Source of the DNA: a virus
Length of the DNA: 62,548 nt
Strand: one strand, 5' to 3'
Virus record (IMG/VR): IMGVR_UViG_3300045988_075790
Under the pieces are notes generated by a model, which saw only the letters and a program-made list of their open reading frames with translations, did not search any database and was not told where the DNA came from. The position numbers and the translations under genes are program-made. Each line of letters starts with the position of its first letter. Position 1 is the stretch's first letter. Positions 41,039 through 48,189 of the stretch are shown here, piece by piece.

Positions 41039-41347
41039 ATGGACGTGAACGAGAGCGAGAAGATCATTGCGACCTGTCGTGATACGATGCTGACCGCGCT
41101 GGAGAAGGTCGGCGGCCAAAGCCTTATCTGCTCTTGGACGCGGCAGGATGGCTCTACTGTCAAGCTCAGCTTGACCATCCGCGAGAGCGACCAGAACACC
41201 GTTGCTGACTGCATCCGCGACATGGACGATGAGGAGATGGCGCGGCGGCTGGTGCCCAATGTGCTGGATGTTTTTGCAGATGGTGGACAGAGCGAGGACG
41301 ATGTCCGGGACTGGCTGGAGCTGCCGGAGAGCTTTCTTCGGCACTGA
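41039..41347 (+). CDS. Hypothetical protein
   Basis: 102 aa. Confidence 0.5.
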   Translation: MDVNESEKIIATCRDTMLTALEKVGGQSLICSWTRQDGSTVKLSLTIRESDQNTVADCIRDMDDEEMARRLVPNVLDVFADGGQSEDDVRDWLELPESFLRH

Positions 41348-41402
41348 AATACAAATGCAGTTGAATAATCTGCCGTGTTTTATGCAAGTAGGAGGTGGAA
41401 AC

Positions 41403-41642
41403 ATGGATAAAACCGATTTTGTCAAGCAGCTTGCCACACTGGAATCCCTGACAGACTGGGAAGATGGTGATGCTGTTCTGGAGGCTCTGGACACAGCTCG
41501 CCGGGAGATTTACATCCAGTACCGTACTGGCAAGATGAACGCAGAGGAGTTCCGGGCCCTAAACGTGCTGGCAGGCTGTCTGGAGCATCGGGCCCTTGAT
41601 TCTATGATGGACAAGTGGGATGAAGAAGTGGAAAGGATGTGA
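41403..41642 (+). CDS. Hypothetical protein
   Basis: 79 aa, SD aggaggtgg. Confidence 0.5.
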   Translation: MDKTDFVKQLATLESLTDWEDGDAVLEALDTARREIYIQYRTGKMNAEEFRALNVLAGCLEHRALDSMMDKWDEEVERM

Positions 41643-41646
41643 GCAC

Positions 41647-41826
41647 ATGGCACAGCATTTCAAAATCGACTGCAACCTCGTGGATGACCGCCGCACCCTG
41701 ACCGCGATTCTGGCCCAGAATGGCTACGCTGTCAGCTGGGGCAAAGAGAAGCGCAGCGGCAAGACGGGGTACGTCTACTTTGTGGAGTATTGGAGGCCGG
41801 AAGATGAGCGAGAAGATGTCCGTTGA
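41647..41826 (+). CDS. Hypothetical small protein
   Basis: 59 aa. Confidence 0.45.
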   Translation: MAQHFKIDCNLVDDRRTLTAILAQNGYAVSWGKEKRSGKTGYVYFVEYWRPEDEREDVR

Positions 41827-42073
41827 ACGTGCCACCGGGATTCTTGACCCGAGGCACCGCGAGAGATATGAAAGCCTTTCCGTTGTCGAGGACGCCTGCT
41901 CGATGGGCCGCGATGCCCTGCTGCTGAGGATTCCGCGCAGCCCGTATCCAGATGGCGATAAGAGCATCCTGAGCTGTCCGAACTGCGGCTCTGGTGAATA
42001 TCTGCACAATCAGGACGAAGCCGAAAACACGTTCTGTGGGCAGTGCGGGCAGGCTATTTTGTGGGAGGACTAA
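41804..42073 (+). CDS. Hypothetical zinc-ribbon protein
   Basis: 'CPNCGSG...CGQCG'. SD ggagg. Confidence 0.5.
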   Translation: MSEKMSVERATGILDPRHRERYESLSVVEDACSMGRDALLLRIPRSPYPDGDKSILSCPNCGSGEYLHNQDEAENTFCGQCGQAILWED

Positions 42074-42078
42074 AACAC

Positions 42079-42411
42079 ATGACCGAAAAACCGAAGATTC
42101 CGTACAATTCTCAGATGGCCTTTGCCATCGCCGCCGGGCGAGATGCTGATGCCAGCCGCATCATGGCAGAGGCTATGGGGGAGATCGTGGGCAAGGCTTG
42201 CGGCTTTGCTCAGCTGTTTGACTTCTCCGACCTTCCCTTTGTGGTGGCCGGCATGAGGGCTGCTGCAAACATCCTCGAAAACTCGATGGACGAAAAAAGC
42301 AAGGTGCTGGCCGATAATATCCTCAGCCACACCCGATATGTCACTGTGGATGCCGCTGAACTGAAGCGGCAGATGGAAGCCGAGGAGGGCAACGACAATG
42401 GCAATGCGTAA
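42079..42411 (+). CDS. Hypothetical protein
   Basis: 110 aa, SD gggagga. Confidence 0.5.
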   Translation: MTEKPKIPYNSQMAFAIAAGRDADASRIMAEAMGEIVGKACGFAQLFDFSDLPFVVAGMRAAANILENSMDEKSKVLADNILSHTRYVTVDAAELKRQMEAEEGNDNGNA

Positions 42412-42949
42412 ACCTATTACATCCGCTACCATTCGCCGGAGCATGACCGGGGCACGGAGCCGCGCCGAAGGTGCTGGCTTTGAGAGTCTCATCAATTCTG
42501 CCTGCGAGTATTACCGCACCAATGGTATTGCGGACATCGAAAAGACCCCTGAGCCGATGAAGCCTCTGGGAGGAGCTGACCGCTCTGGCCGCTTCCTTGC
42601 CTGCTATACCAAGCAGGCCCAGCCTGACTACAAGGGCATTCTGGCAGGTGGCACAGCCGTGACCTTTGAAGCGAAGCACACGAACAGCGGAAAGATGGGG
42701 CTTGACCGTGTATCATCCACGCAGGCGGCCTGCATGAGCCGCACAACGCTTCTTGGTGGTGTGGCCTTTGTCCTTTGCTCTTTTGGAGCAAACGCCTATT
42801 ACAGAGTTCCGTGGCCGGTCTGGTGCGATATGAAAAATCTGTTCGGTAGGAAGTACGTCACGCAGGATGACCTGAAGGCGTATCGCGTCCGATTTGCGGC
42901 ACCCGGTGTGCTGCTGTTTCTGGAGGGCATGAAAAATGAAAAGCATTGA
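42398..42949 (+). CDS. recU: RecU-like Holliday junction resolvase
   Basis: 'GAGFESLINSACEYYRTNGIADIEKTPEP...PDYKGILAGGTAVTFEAKHT' matches the RecU blocks. Confidence 0.6.
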   Translation: MAMRKPITSATIRRSMTGARSRAEGAGFESLINSACEYYRTNGIADIEKTPEPMKPLGGADRSGRFLACYTKQAQPDYKGILAGGTAVTFEAKHTNSGKMGLDRVSSTQAACMSRTTLLGGVAFVLCSFGANAYYRVPWPVWCDMKNLFGRKYVTQDDLKAYRVRFAAPGVLLFLEGMKNEKH

Positions 42950-43280
42950 GGAAATGAAGAGCAGCCCGCGCCTGCTGGTTGTCAAGGAGGGCTTTGATGG
43001 TCTGATGGGCTATCTGCACCACCCGCGGTATAGGCTTCATGCTGTGGCCATTATTGCCTCGTGGGGCGGCGGCTGGGAACACGTTAGCGTGAGCCTGAGC
43101 AACCGTTGCCCGACATGGGAGGAAATGTGCATGGTCAAGGACATCTTCTGGGGCGAAGATGAGTGCGTTATCCAGTTCCACCCTCCCAAGAGTGTGAACA
43201 TCAACATCCACCCGTACTGCCTGCACATGTGGAAGAAAATCGGTGCAGAGTATGAGCTGCCGCCGAAAGAGTTTGTTTGA
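42936..43280 (+). CDS. Hypothetical conserved phage protein
   Basis: 114 aa, 'WEHVSVS...CPTWEEM...VIQFHPPKS...HPYCLHMW'. Confidence 0.5.
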   Translation: MKSIEEMKSSPRLLVVKEGFDGLMGYLHHPRYRLHAVAIIASWGGGWEHVSVSLSNRCPTWEEMCMVKDIFWGEDECVIQFHPPKSVNINIHPYCLHMWKKIGAEYELPPKEFV

Positions 43281-43294
43281 AGGGAGCGGAAACA

Positions 43295-43621
43295 ATGAGC
43301 AAGAGAGAGAATAAGCGCATCCGGCAGCTGGAACGCCGGGTGGAAAAGCTGGAGCGCATCTTATGTGACAAGCACAGAGTTCCAGACTATGAGATTCAGA
43401 TAACTGCTGCCGGAACCCCTGAGATGCTGGACGATATGGGCACCAAGCTGGCAGAGAGTATCCAGCAGGCGTTTGGGAAAGCCGCGAGCATTGAGAAACC
43501 GCCGGAATCTGTGCCCATGGAGTTCAAGTTCGCCGCTGATAAGGACAAGCAGGCCGAAAAAGCCCGCAAAACTGTGTATGAGGTGCTGAAGGATAGATTT
43601 ACCGCTTCAAGCTACCGTTAA
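43295..43621 (+). CDS. Hypothetical protein
   Basis: 108 aa, SD gggag. Confidence 0.5.
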   Translation: MSKRENKRIRQLERRVEKLERILCDKHRVPDYEIQITAAGTPEMLDDMGTKLAESIQQAFGKAASIEKPPESVPMEFKFAADKDKQAEKARKTVYEVLKDRFTASSYR

Positions 43622-43664
43622 GCTCTTTCGAGCTATTTTTCAAGCAAAAACGGGGAGGAACAAA

Positions 43665-44198
43665 ATGGATAAGATCAGAGCGTGGAAAGCTGGAGATGAT
43701 GAGAAGCAGGCCGAAGTGGCCGAGGTTAGAGCGTGGTTCCGCAAGCTGCGCGATATGGCCGAGGCCGTGAACATCCAGAAGGAAAAAGTGCAGAGGCAGC
43801 TGGATGCTGCTACCAGAGTCACCCAGAGCTTTAGCGGTATGCCTGTGTCGCCGGGAAATGGGGACAAGATTCTGGATGCCGTGTGTAGGGTGGATGGAGA
43901 AAGCCAGGAGCTGTCCCGGATGATGTCTGAGCTGACCAAGTTGCGTGTTGAGGCTATCTCCCGGACGTTCTGCATCGTCTATGCTGAGACCAGCTCCAGC
44001 CTGCGGGATGCTGATGCGCTGAGAGCGTATTACATCGAGTGCGAAACCAGAGATGCACAGGGCAACTTCAAGCTCAAAACGTATCTGGATGTATCCATAG
44101 AGTTGGGCGTTGCGCAGTCTACTGCCTGCGATAGCATCCGGCATGGGCTGGAAGCTCTGGCAGAGATTTGGCCCGACATCTCAAAGAGCTGTGCATAA
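43665..44198 (+). CDS. Late-gene regulator candidate (sigma region-4-like HTH; DUF1492/RinA/ArpU-type)
   Basis: Last early ORF before the packaging genes. 'SGMPVSPGNGDKILD' and C-terminal HTH 'YLDVSIELGVAQSTACDSIRHGLEAL'. Confidence 0.45.
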   Translation: MDKIRAWKAGDDEKQAEVAEVRAWFRKLRDMAEAVNIQKEKVQRQLDAATRVTQSFSGMPVSPGNGDKILDAVCRVDGESQELSRMMSELTKLRVEAISRTFCIVYAETSSSLRDADALRAYYIECETRDAQGNFKLKTYLDVSIELGVAQSTACDSIRHGLEALAEIWPDISKSCA

Positions 44199-44268
44199 TG
44201 CTCAATATGCACAAAACCTGAGCTTTAATTTTTATGCCTTCCCGGTGTGCCATCGGTGTGCCGCCGTG

Positions 44269-44298
44269 TTGCCGCTGGTACGCAGGCTGTGCTAAAAT
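44269..44298 (+). promoter_or_regulatory. Promoter TTGCCG-18-TGcTAAAAT
   Basis: -35 at 44269..44274 and extended -10 at 44290..44298. Opens the ORF-free region. Confidence 0.5.
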
Positions 44299-44458
44299 GA
44301 CATAAGCGCACCCGCGCAATGCGGAAACGCGCCGGACATAATGAAGGCCGGTGGGCTGGATGGCTTGCGCGAGCTGTTTGGCCTGCCCTCCCCATTACCC
44401 TTTATTGTGTTCCCTGCGCCACTGAAACAGCCAATGCTGTGTAGGTGGCTCTTTATAT

Positions 44459-44530
44459 GCGGATGTATGAAATGACAGCACCAGCAGCAGGCATCGTGTT
44501 GTGGCGGTTTGATTCCGTCCATCTGCACCA
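44459..44530 (+). ncRNA. tRNA-like module 1 (acceptor + T-arm + CCA, no canonical D/anticodon arms)
   Basis: gcggatg / catctgc acceptor (one G-U). T-arm ggcgg-tttgatt-ccgtc, then discriminator A and CCA. The middle folds as a 6-bp stem with a 14-nt loop. Confidence 0.3.
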
Positions 44531-44801
44531 GAACCGGCCGACCCCGTAGGCCGAAGTGGACACATGGCCCCATGAACCACCGGGAGCTTGCCGCGGTACC
44601 CATACGCGGCGCACCTCTTGGGTTCCTTTTCTCCTTTTGACACGGCGAGACCTTTCTTCTCTAGGATTCCTCCAAAACTTTTGCTTTCTACCAGTCGGAG
44701 GCCCCGGAACGCCAAGGCGGTACTTATCAGCCGCCCGCGTGTGTGTCCAAAAATAACAGCCCGCTCCTGAGCTGACCACCGCAGGAACGGGCTGTTTATA
44801 T

Positions 44802-44936
44802 GCCGTTGTAGCTCAATGCAGAGCGGCGGGCATTTAACCCGCGTCACACTGACGATACGCAGAGCTGATTCCTTCCGGCCCCTGTCATCCGGGAGGCTGA
44901 TGCTCTGTGGTGCTGGTTCAAGTCCAGCCATCGGCT
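44802..44936 (+). ncRNA. tRNA-like module 2 with 69-nt insertion between anticodon arm and T-arm
   Basis: Acceptor gccgttg/catcggc (one T-T mismatch). D-arm gctc-aatgca-gagc. Anticodon arm gcggg-CATTTAA-cccgc (A at position 33). Canonical T-arm gctgg-ttcaagt-ccagc. Confidence 0.35.
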
Positions 44937-44946
44937 ATTTTTATAT

Positions 44947-45076
44947 GCTGCCCTAGCGCAAGCGGAGCGCGTGAGGGCAGTGAACTGGTGACAAATTGTC
45001 ACCGGATGCCGCCCTAGCGCAACGTGGAGCGCGTTCGTGGGAGTAGCCACGGAAGGTTCGATTCCGAAAGGCGGCC
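44947..45076 (+). ncRNA. tRNA-like module 3 (duplicated 5' half, 9-bp hairpin, degenerate 3' tRNA)
   Basis: gctgccctagcgcaagcggagcgcg and gccgccctagcgcaacgtggagcgcg are two similar acceptor+D-arm halves, separated by ctggtgaca-aat-tgtcaccgg. The 3' part has ggttcgattcc and aggcggc. Confidence 0.3.
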
Positions 45077-45081
45077 ATTGT

Positions 45082-45157
45082 ACGGCAGTAGCTCAATTGG
45101 AAGAGCAGCGGTCTCCAAAACCGCCGGTTGATAGTTCGATTCTATTCTGCCGCGCCA
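45082..45157 (+). tRNA. tRNA-Trp (anticodon CCA)
   Basis: Hand-folded cloverleaf: acceptor acggcag/ctgccgc (A1-C72 mismatch); D-arm gctc-aattggaa-gagc; anticodon arm gcggt-CTCCAAA-accgc; variable loop cggtt; T-arm gatag-ttcgatt-ctatt; discriminator G; encoded CCA. Confidence 0.85.
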
Positions 45158-45208
45158 AATATGCGGTCTAAAAAGTGCATGGATACGCCAAAATTTCGTT
45201 AAAAACGC

Positions 45209-45237
45209 TTTACAAAATACACAAAAAGTAGTATAAT
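45209..45237 (+). promoter_or_regulatory. Consensus promoter TTTACA-17-TATAAT (late-operon promoter candidate)
   Basis: -35 at 45209..45214 and -10 at 45232..45237. Confidence 0.65.
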
Positions 45238-45288
45238 AATAGCGTAGAGAGGAACCGCAAAAGGTTCGTCCAGAAAGGAAGCGAGGAC

Positions 45289-45414
45289 ATGGATGAAATG
45301 ACCACCCCGGAACTGAATCAGTATCTGGAAAATCTGGCAAAGCTCATCGAGGCCACTGCAAAGACCCCTGAAGAAGCCGCACAGATCATCCGCGATAGCA
45401 AAATCAAGGTGTAA
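45289..45414 (+). CDS. Hypothetical 41-aa protein / leader ORF
   Basis: MDEMTTPELNQYLENLAKLIEATAKTPEEAAQIIRDSKIKV, hand-translated. SD aggaagcgagg. Confidence 0.4.
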   Translation: MDEMTTPELNQYLENLAKLIEATAKTPEEAAQIIRDSKIKV

Positions 45415-45468
45415 AAAAATCAGGCTCCCGTGAAAGCCTGCCAGCAGCGGGGAGCCTGAAAAGCGAAA

Positions 45469-45507
45469 AAGCCGCCCGGAAACTCTACTCCGGACGGCTT
45501 TATTGTA
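45469..45507 (+). terminator. Intrinsic terminator candidate T2
   Basis: aagccgcccgga-aactctac-tccggacggctt (12-bp stem, one mismatch) then tattgtat. Confidence 0.5.
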
Positions 45508-45533
45508 TCATATTAGCGCAAAATTATCAATGA

Positions 45534-45562
45534 CCCTGCCCACACGGCGGGGCTTTATTTTT
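45534..45562 (+). terminator. Intrinsic terminator T3 immediately upstream of the late genes
   Basis: ccctgcc-cacac-ggcgggg followed by ctttattttt. Only about 20 nt separate it from the ParB-like gene SD. Confidence 0.7.
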
Positions 45563-45594
45563 GCCAAAATACTAAATATATGGGAGGTCTGACT

Positions 45595-46323
45595 GTGGAC
45601 ATCGTAAGCCTGAAACTTTCTGAGCTGCATCCCTATGAGAACAACCCCCGGCAGAATGACGATGCTGTGGATGCTGTTGCCGCCTCCATCAAGGAGTTTG
45701 GCTTCAAGGTTCCAATCGTTGTGGATAAGAACAACGTCATTGTGGCCGGGCATACCCGCTACAAAGCCGCCAAGAAGCTGAAGCTCAAAACTGTGCCCTG
45801 TGTTGTGGCAGATGACCTGAGCGAAGAACAGGTCAATGCTTTCCGGCTGGCAGACAATAAGACCGGTGAGCTTGCCCTGTGGGATGACGAGAAGCTGGCG
45901 CAGGAATTAGCTGGCATTGCCAATATCGACATGGAGCAGTTCGGCTTTGCTCTGGAAGCCGTAGACCTGAGCGAGGGCGTAGCCGATAACCCCTATACCA
46001 CTGAAACCACCATTCCGCAGTATGAGCCGACCGGCGAATGCCCTGACCTCTCTGCTCTGTATGATACCGCAAAGACGGATGACCTTATTGCGGAGATCGA
46101 AGCATCCAAGCTGCGGCCTGATGAAAAAGGCTTTCTGCTGAGAGCTGCAGGCCGGCATACGGTTTTCAATTATCGGAAAATCGCTGAGTATTATGCCCAC
46201 GCCTCCCCTGAGATGCAGGAACTGATGGAAAAATCGGCCCTTGTTATCATTGACGAAGATGATGCCATTCGCAATGGCTTTGTGGCACTCTCCAGCAAGG
46301 TTTCTGAGCTGATGGAGGAATGA
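45595..46323 (+). CDS. ParB N-terminal-domain (ParB-like nuclease) protein
   Basis: 'LSELHPYENNPRQNDDAVDAVAASIKEFGFKVPIVVDKNNVIVAGHTRYKAAKKL' is the ParBc motif. GTG 45595 lies 8 nt after gggagg. Confidence 0.75.
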   Translation: MDIVSLKLSELHPYENNPRQNDDAVDAVAASIKEFGFKVPIVVDKNNVIVAGHTRYKAAKKLKLKTVPCVVADDLSEEQVNAFRLADNKTGELALWDDEKLAQELAGIANIDMEQFGFALEAVDLSEGVADNPYTTETTIPQYEPTGECPDLSALYDTAKTDDLIAEIEASKLRPDEKGFLLRAAGRHTVFNYRKIAEYYAHASPEMQELMEKSALVIIDEDDAIRNGFVALSSKVSELMEE

Positions 46324-46326
46324 GCC

Positions 46327-47214
46327 ATGCTGCGTGACGATTTTGCTGTATTCATCCTGACCCACGGGAGAGCTGACAACGTAGTGACCGCAGACACCTT
46401 GAAGCGGCAGAAGTATTCCGGGAAGCTGTATTTTATCATCGACAACGAAGATGATACTGCTGAGCTGTACCGGGAGAAGTTTGGAGCCGAGAACGTCATC
46501 ATGTTCGATAAGGCCGCTGCTGTTGCCAGAGCTGACACGATGGACAATATCTGCGAGCATCGAGCCATCTTGTACGCCCGAAATGAGAGCTGGAGAATCG
46601 CCAAAGAGCTGGGGCTGAAATACTTCCTCATGCTGGATGATGACTACAAAGACATCTTGATTCGCTGGCCGGAAGGAACCAAGCTCAAGGGAAAATCCAT
46701 GGTCGGGCCGCAGTTAGATGGCCTGTTCGAGGCTATGCTTACGTTTCTTGATGCTTCAGGTGCTGCTATGGTTGCCCTTGCTCAGGGTGGTGACATGATA
46801 GGCGGTGTGAATGGTGGCGGGTACAAGATGGGCTTGAAGCGGAAGTGCATGAACAGTATGTTTTGCAGGACCGATACGCCCGTAGAGTTCCGTGGAACGA
46901 TGAACGAAGATGTTACTACCTACACCACCCTTGGTAGCCGCGGCGTACTGTTTTTCACATTTATGCGCTGTCAGGTAACGCAGATTCAGACGCAAAGCCT
47001 GTCCGGCGGTATGACTGAGGCGTATAAGGAGAGCGGGACGTACACGAAATCTTTCTACTCTGTCATGTCTATGCCGTCTTGTGTGGAGATCGGGAAAATG
47101 GGAGGGAGCCACCAGCGCACCCACCATCAGATAAACTGGGACTGCTGCGTCCCGAAAATCCTGAACCAGAAATACCGAAAGGAGAAGAACGATGCAGAAT
47201 ATCGCCGGGAATAA
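46327..47214 (+). CDS. GT-A-fold glycosyltransferase-like protein (tentative)
   Basis: 295 aa. 'FILTHGRADN' N-terminal strand, 'FLMLDDDY' DxD-type motif and 'NEDV'. SD ggagga. Confidence 0.4.
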   Translation: MLRDDFAVFILTHGRADNVVTADTLKRQKYSGKLYFIIDNEDDTAELYREKFGAENVIMFDKAAAVARADTMDNICEHRAILYARNESWRIAKELGLKYFLMLDDDYKDILIRWPEGTKLKGKSMVGPQLDGLFEAMLTFLDASGAAMVALAQGGDMIGGVNGGGYKMGLKRKCMNSMFCRTDTPVEFRGTMNEDVTTYTTLGSRGVLFFTFMRCQVTQIQTQSLSGGMTEAYKESGTYTKSFYSVMSMPSCVEIGKMGGSHQRTHHQINWDCCVPKILNQKYRKEKNDAEYRRE

Positions 47215-48154
47215 GATGCTCGCCCACCTCGACCGCATCGTGGGAGAGCATAAGCCTATTACGGCAGATATATTCCTGAACAACTTTTGCAATAACCGCT
47301 GCCCCTATTGCACATACGGGAGATGGGAGCTTGACCCCGGTGCAAGAGCTATGAGCTTCAAGGGCTTCCGCAAGTATGCCACCCGCCTGATGGAAATGGG
47401 CGTGGAGGGCTTCATCTTGACCGGAGGCGGAGAGCCTACGCTCACCCCTGATTTTGACCGTATCACCGAATGGATGGACGAAAAGGGGCTGCATTATGGC
47501 ATCAACACGAATTTCAACGTGCTGAGGCTGCCCAGACCTGACTACCTGAAAGTCAGCCTTGATGGATGGGACGAAGATAGCTACGAGCACCGCCGCGGTG
47601 TGCGAAAGTATGCTGTTGCCGTGAAGAATATTCAGGACTACGCCGTGTGGAAACGCCAGCACAGCCCAAGAACGTCTTTGGGCATTCAGTGTGTTGTTAC
47701 ATCTCCTGATGACGTTATGCGCTTCTACGAGGCAAATTGCGACCTTCTTGTGGATTATATTGCGTTCCGACCTATCGAAAGCACTGGCGGGAAAGCCTAC
47801 GCTCTGGATATGGCGAAGGAGCAGGCTGCAAGGACGATGGCGGCGGTGAAGGAACTGGCAGCGAACGACAGCCGGGTGGTGCTCAATTTCAAGTGGGAGC
47901 TGCTGGACCGTCAGGAAGAATCCTGCACCGCATCGTGGGCGCAAATCGCCCTGAATGAGCGCGGCGAAGTTATGTACTGCTGCCACAAGCCGTATCAGAT
48001 CATCGGCCACATCCTCGACCCTGATATTTTGGAGAAGAAGAGCCGAGCTGCAACCGATATGGCCGGGTGTGACATTCCTTGCCGCATGACCGGGCCGAAT
48101 ATGTATGTCCACGAGATGCTGCTTGCTGGCCGGAAAGATGCCTGCTTCATCTGA
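47192..48154 (+). CDS. Radical SAM enzyme
   Basis: 'FCNNRCPYCTY' CX3CX2C cluster motif, 'LTGGGEPTL' SAM-binding motif and extra C-terminal Cys residues (YCCHKP, GCDIPC). Confidence 0.8.
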   Translation: MQNIAGNKMLAHLDRIVGEHKPITADIFLNNFCNNRCPYCTYGRWELDPGARAMSFKGFRKYATRLMEMGVEGFILTGGGEPTLTPDFDRITEWMDEKGLHYGINTNFNVLRLPRPDYLKVSLDGWDEDSYEHRRGVRKYAVAVKNIQDYAVWKRQHSPRTSLGIQCVVTSPDDVMRFYEANCDLLVDYIAFRPIESTGGKAYALDMAKEQAARTMAAVKELAANDSRVVLNFKWELLDRQEESCTASWAQIALNERGEVMYCCHKPYQIIGHILDPDILEKKSRAATDMAGCDIPCRMTGPNMYVHEMLLAGRKDACFI

Positions 48155-48189
48155 CTTCTCCACCCTGAAAACGAGAGGAAGGTGGTGAA

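Larger units (their letters stand above)
44305..45081 (+). ncRNA. Candidate large structured ncRNA region (ROOL/GOLLD-like context) containing tRNA-like modules
   Basis: About 880 nt between CDS 44198 and tRNA-Trp without a credible ORF. GC-rich with many stem-loops. Has its own promoter. Confidence 0.45.

Noticed and set aside
44395-44931. 178-aa minus-strand ORF (and other 60-110-aa ORFs) across the tRNA-like region.
   Set aside because: No SD. The composition is unlike real proteins of this genome (Arg/Cys/Gly-rich). It overlaps tRNA-like structures and hairpins.
44802-44936. tRNA-like module 2 as an ochre suppressor explaining the in-frame TAA at 26853.
   Set aside because: A UUA anticodon would require shifting the loop by one nucleotide, which breaks two of the five anticodon-stem pairs. 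TAA is also used as a normal stop by many genes here.
45421-45458. Hairpin caggctcccg...cggggagcctg as a first + strand terminator after the 41-aa ORF.
   Set aside because: On the + strand it is followed by an A-rich tract, not a T-rich one. The T-run lies on the opposite strand, so it is at best a minus-strand or bidirectional element. It was not counted.
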